DNA from: Selaginella moellendorffii
Lineage: Eukaryota > Plantae > Lycopodiophyta
Direction: 5' to 3'
Assembly: GCF_000143415.4 (NCBI RefSeq)
Contig: NW_003314297.1
Location: 1,642,890-1,706,889 of the forward strand
Length of the DNA stretch: 64,000 nt
Part shown: in pieces, positions 63,409 through 64,000 of the stretch
Layout: each line of letters opens with the position of its first letter
How positions within the stretch are numbered: the stretch's first letter is position 1
Translations under genes and position numbers: made by a program
The notes under the pieces: generated by a model
Databases searched by the model: none
What the model was told of the DNA's origin: nothing
What the model saw: only the letters and a program-made list of their open reading frames with translations

Positions 63409-64000
63409 TTAATTTTGAAACGTGCATAGCCTGTGAGGAATAACAAAGTCTCCTACCACAGTCACCTGACACTTGACCATCAGAAAGAAGTTAGGTGACT
63501 TTATGCAACCCACATTCGGGCCTTTACAGTCAGCATGAGAACATAAGTTGCTTTGCCTAGCTTCATGTCGTTGACAATCGTATAGTACACGTCTAGGGGA
63601 AGTGGCAGATTGTTTTCACGAATTCGTACAATATAAGTCTTGAGCCACGCCTGGCCTGCACGAAGGGGCTGTTCTCGCGGTTCCCAGTTTGAATCCATTG
63701 TAGTAGGGCAGTACTCGTTGAATTGTTGAATGTATCCACTTTCCTGTTGTTGTTGCTGTTGTCATATTGCACCTCGTATGTAGTCCCAAACTGGAAATAC
63801 GCAGCGTAGTAGTTACCTTCGCCTGCAGCCTGCTGCCACGCTATCTGTGCTGGAGTAACAGGCGTCATCGTTAAGTAGTCAGAGCGTGCGGCCGTCACTT
63901 CGAAAGTAGGACTTTTCGGCCAAAGGTGCAAGTACGCCACAAAAAATCAAAGACAGGCACCCCACATTAGGACCTTTCTCCGCCTGTAGTCTCTAGTGAT
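63409..64000 (-). pseudogene. Frameshifted tandem paralog of the LEA_2/NHL gene; 5' end outside the window
   Basis: PTFEVT, TPAQIA, GNYYAAYF, LPLPLDVYYT and KSPNF..VKC are spread over three reading frames. Confidence 0.7.

Overview
Eukaryotic plant nuclear DNA with dense gene packing and very short introns (about 45-70 nt). Together with a PLS-type PPR gene, this suggests a lycophyte such as Selaginella (inference). There are three zones. (1) 1-20.2 kb holds about 13 tightly packed genes: EttA-type ABC-F, GRDP, PDI, an unknown gene, PHR2, ARMC8, CAAX protease, RALF-like, cystatin, NFU, plastid RPL11, CHUP1-like and ArgJ. (2) 20.4-44.3 kb is a four-layer nest of LTR retroelements. A short-LTR Ty3/gypsy element (A) contains a long-LTR element (B, TSD GACCA). 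B contains an inverted solo LTR of its own family (C, TSD TCAAA), and C contains a young non-coding element (D, TSD ATCTC). A rearranged second copy of A follows. (3) 45-64 kb holds an ALDH3 pseudogene, a KH + RING-HC gene with MEX3-like architecture, MO25, an At3g17950-like gene, a trihelix/Myb-SANT gene, CTP synthase, an RGF/GOLVEN peptide gene missed by the ORF track, a bZIP60-like gene with an intact 23-nt IRE1-type twin-hairpin intron, a PPR gene, an unknown gene and two LEA_2/NHL paralogs. The strongest leads are the KH-RING gene, the bZIP60 dual-coding switch, the RGF precursor, element D and the extreme head-to-head and tail-to-tail gene packing. All gene models were built by eye, so exon boundaries and start codons are approximate unless stated.
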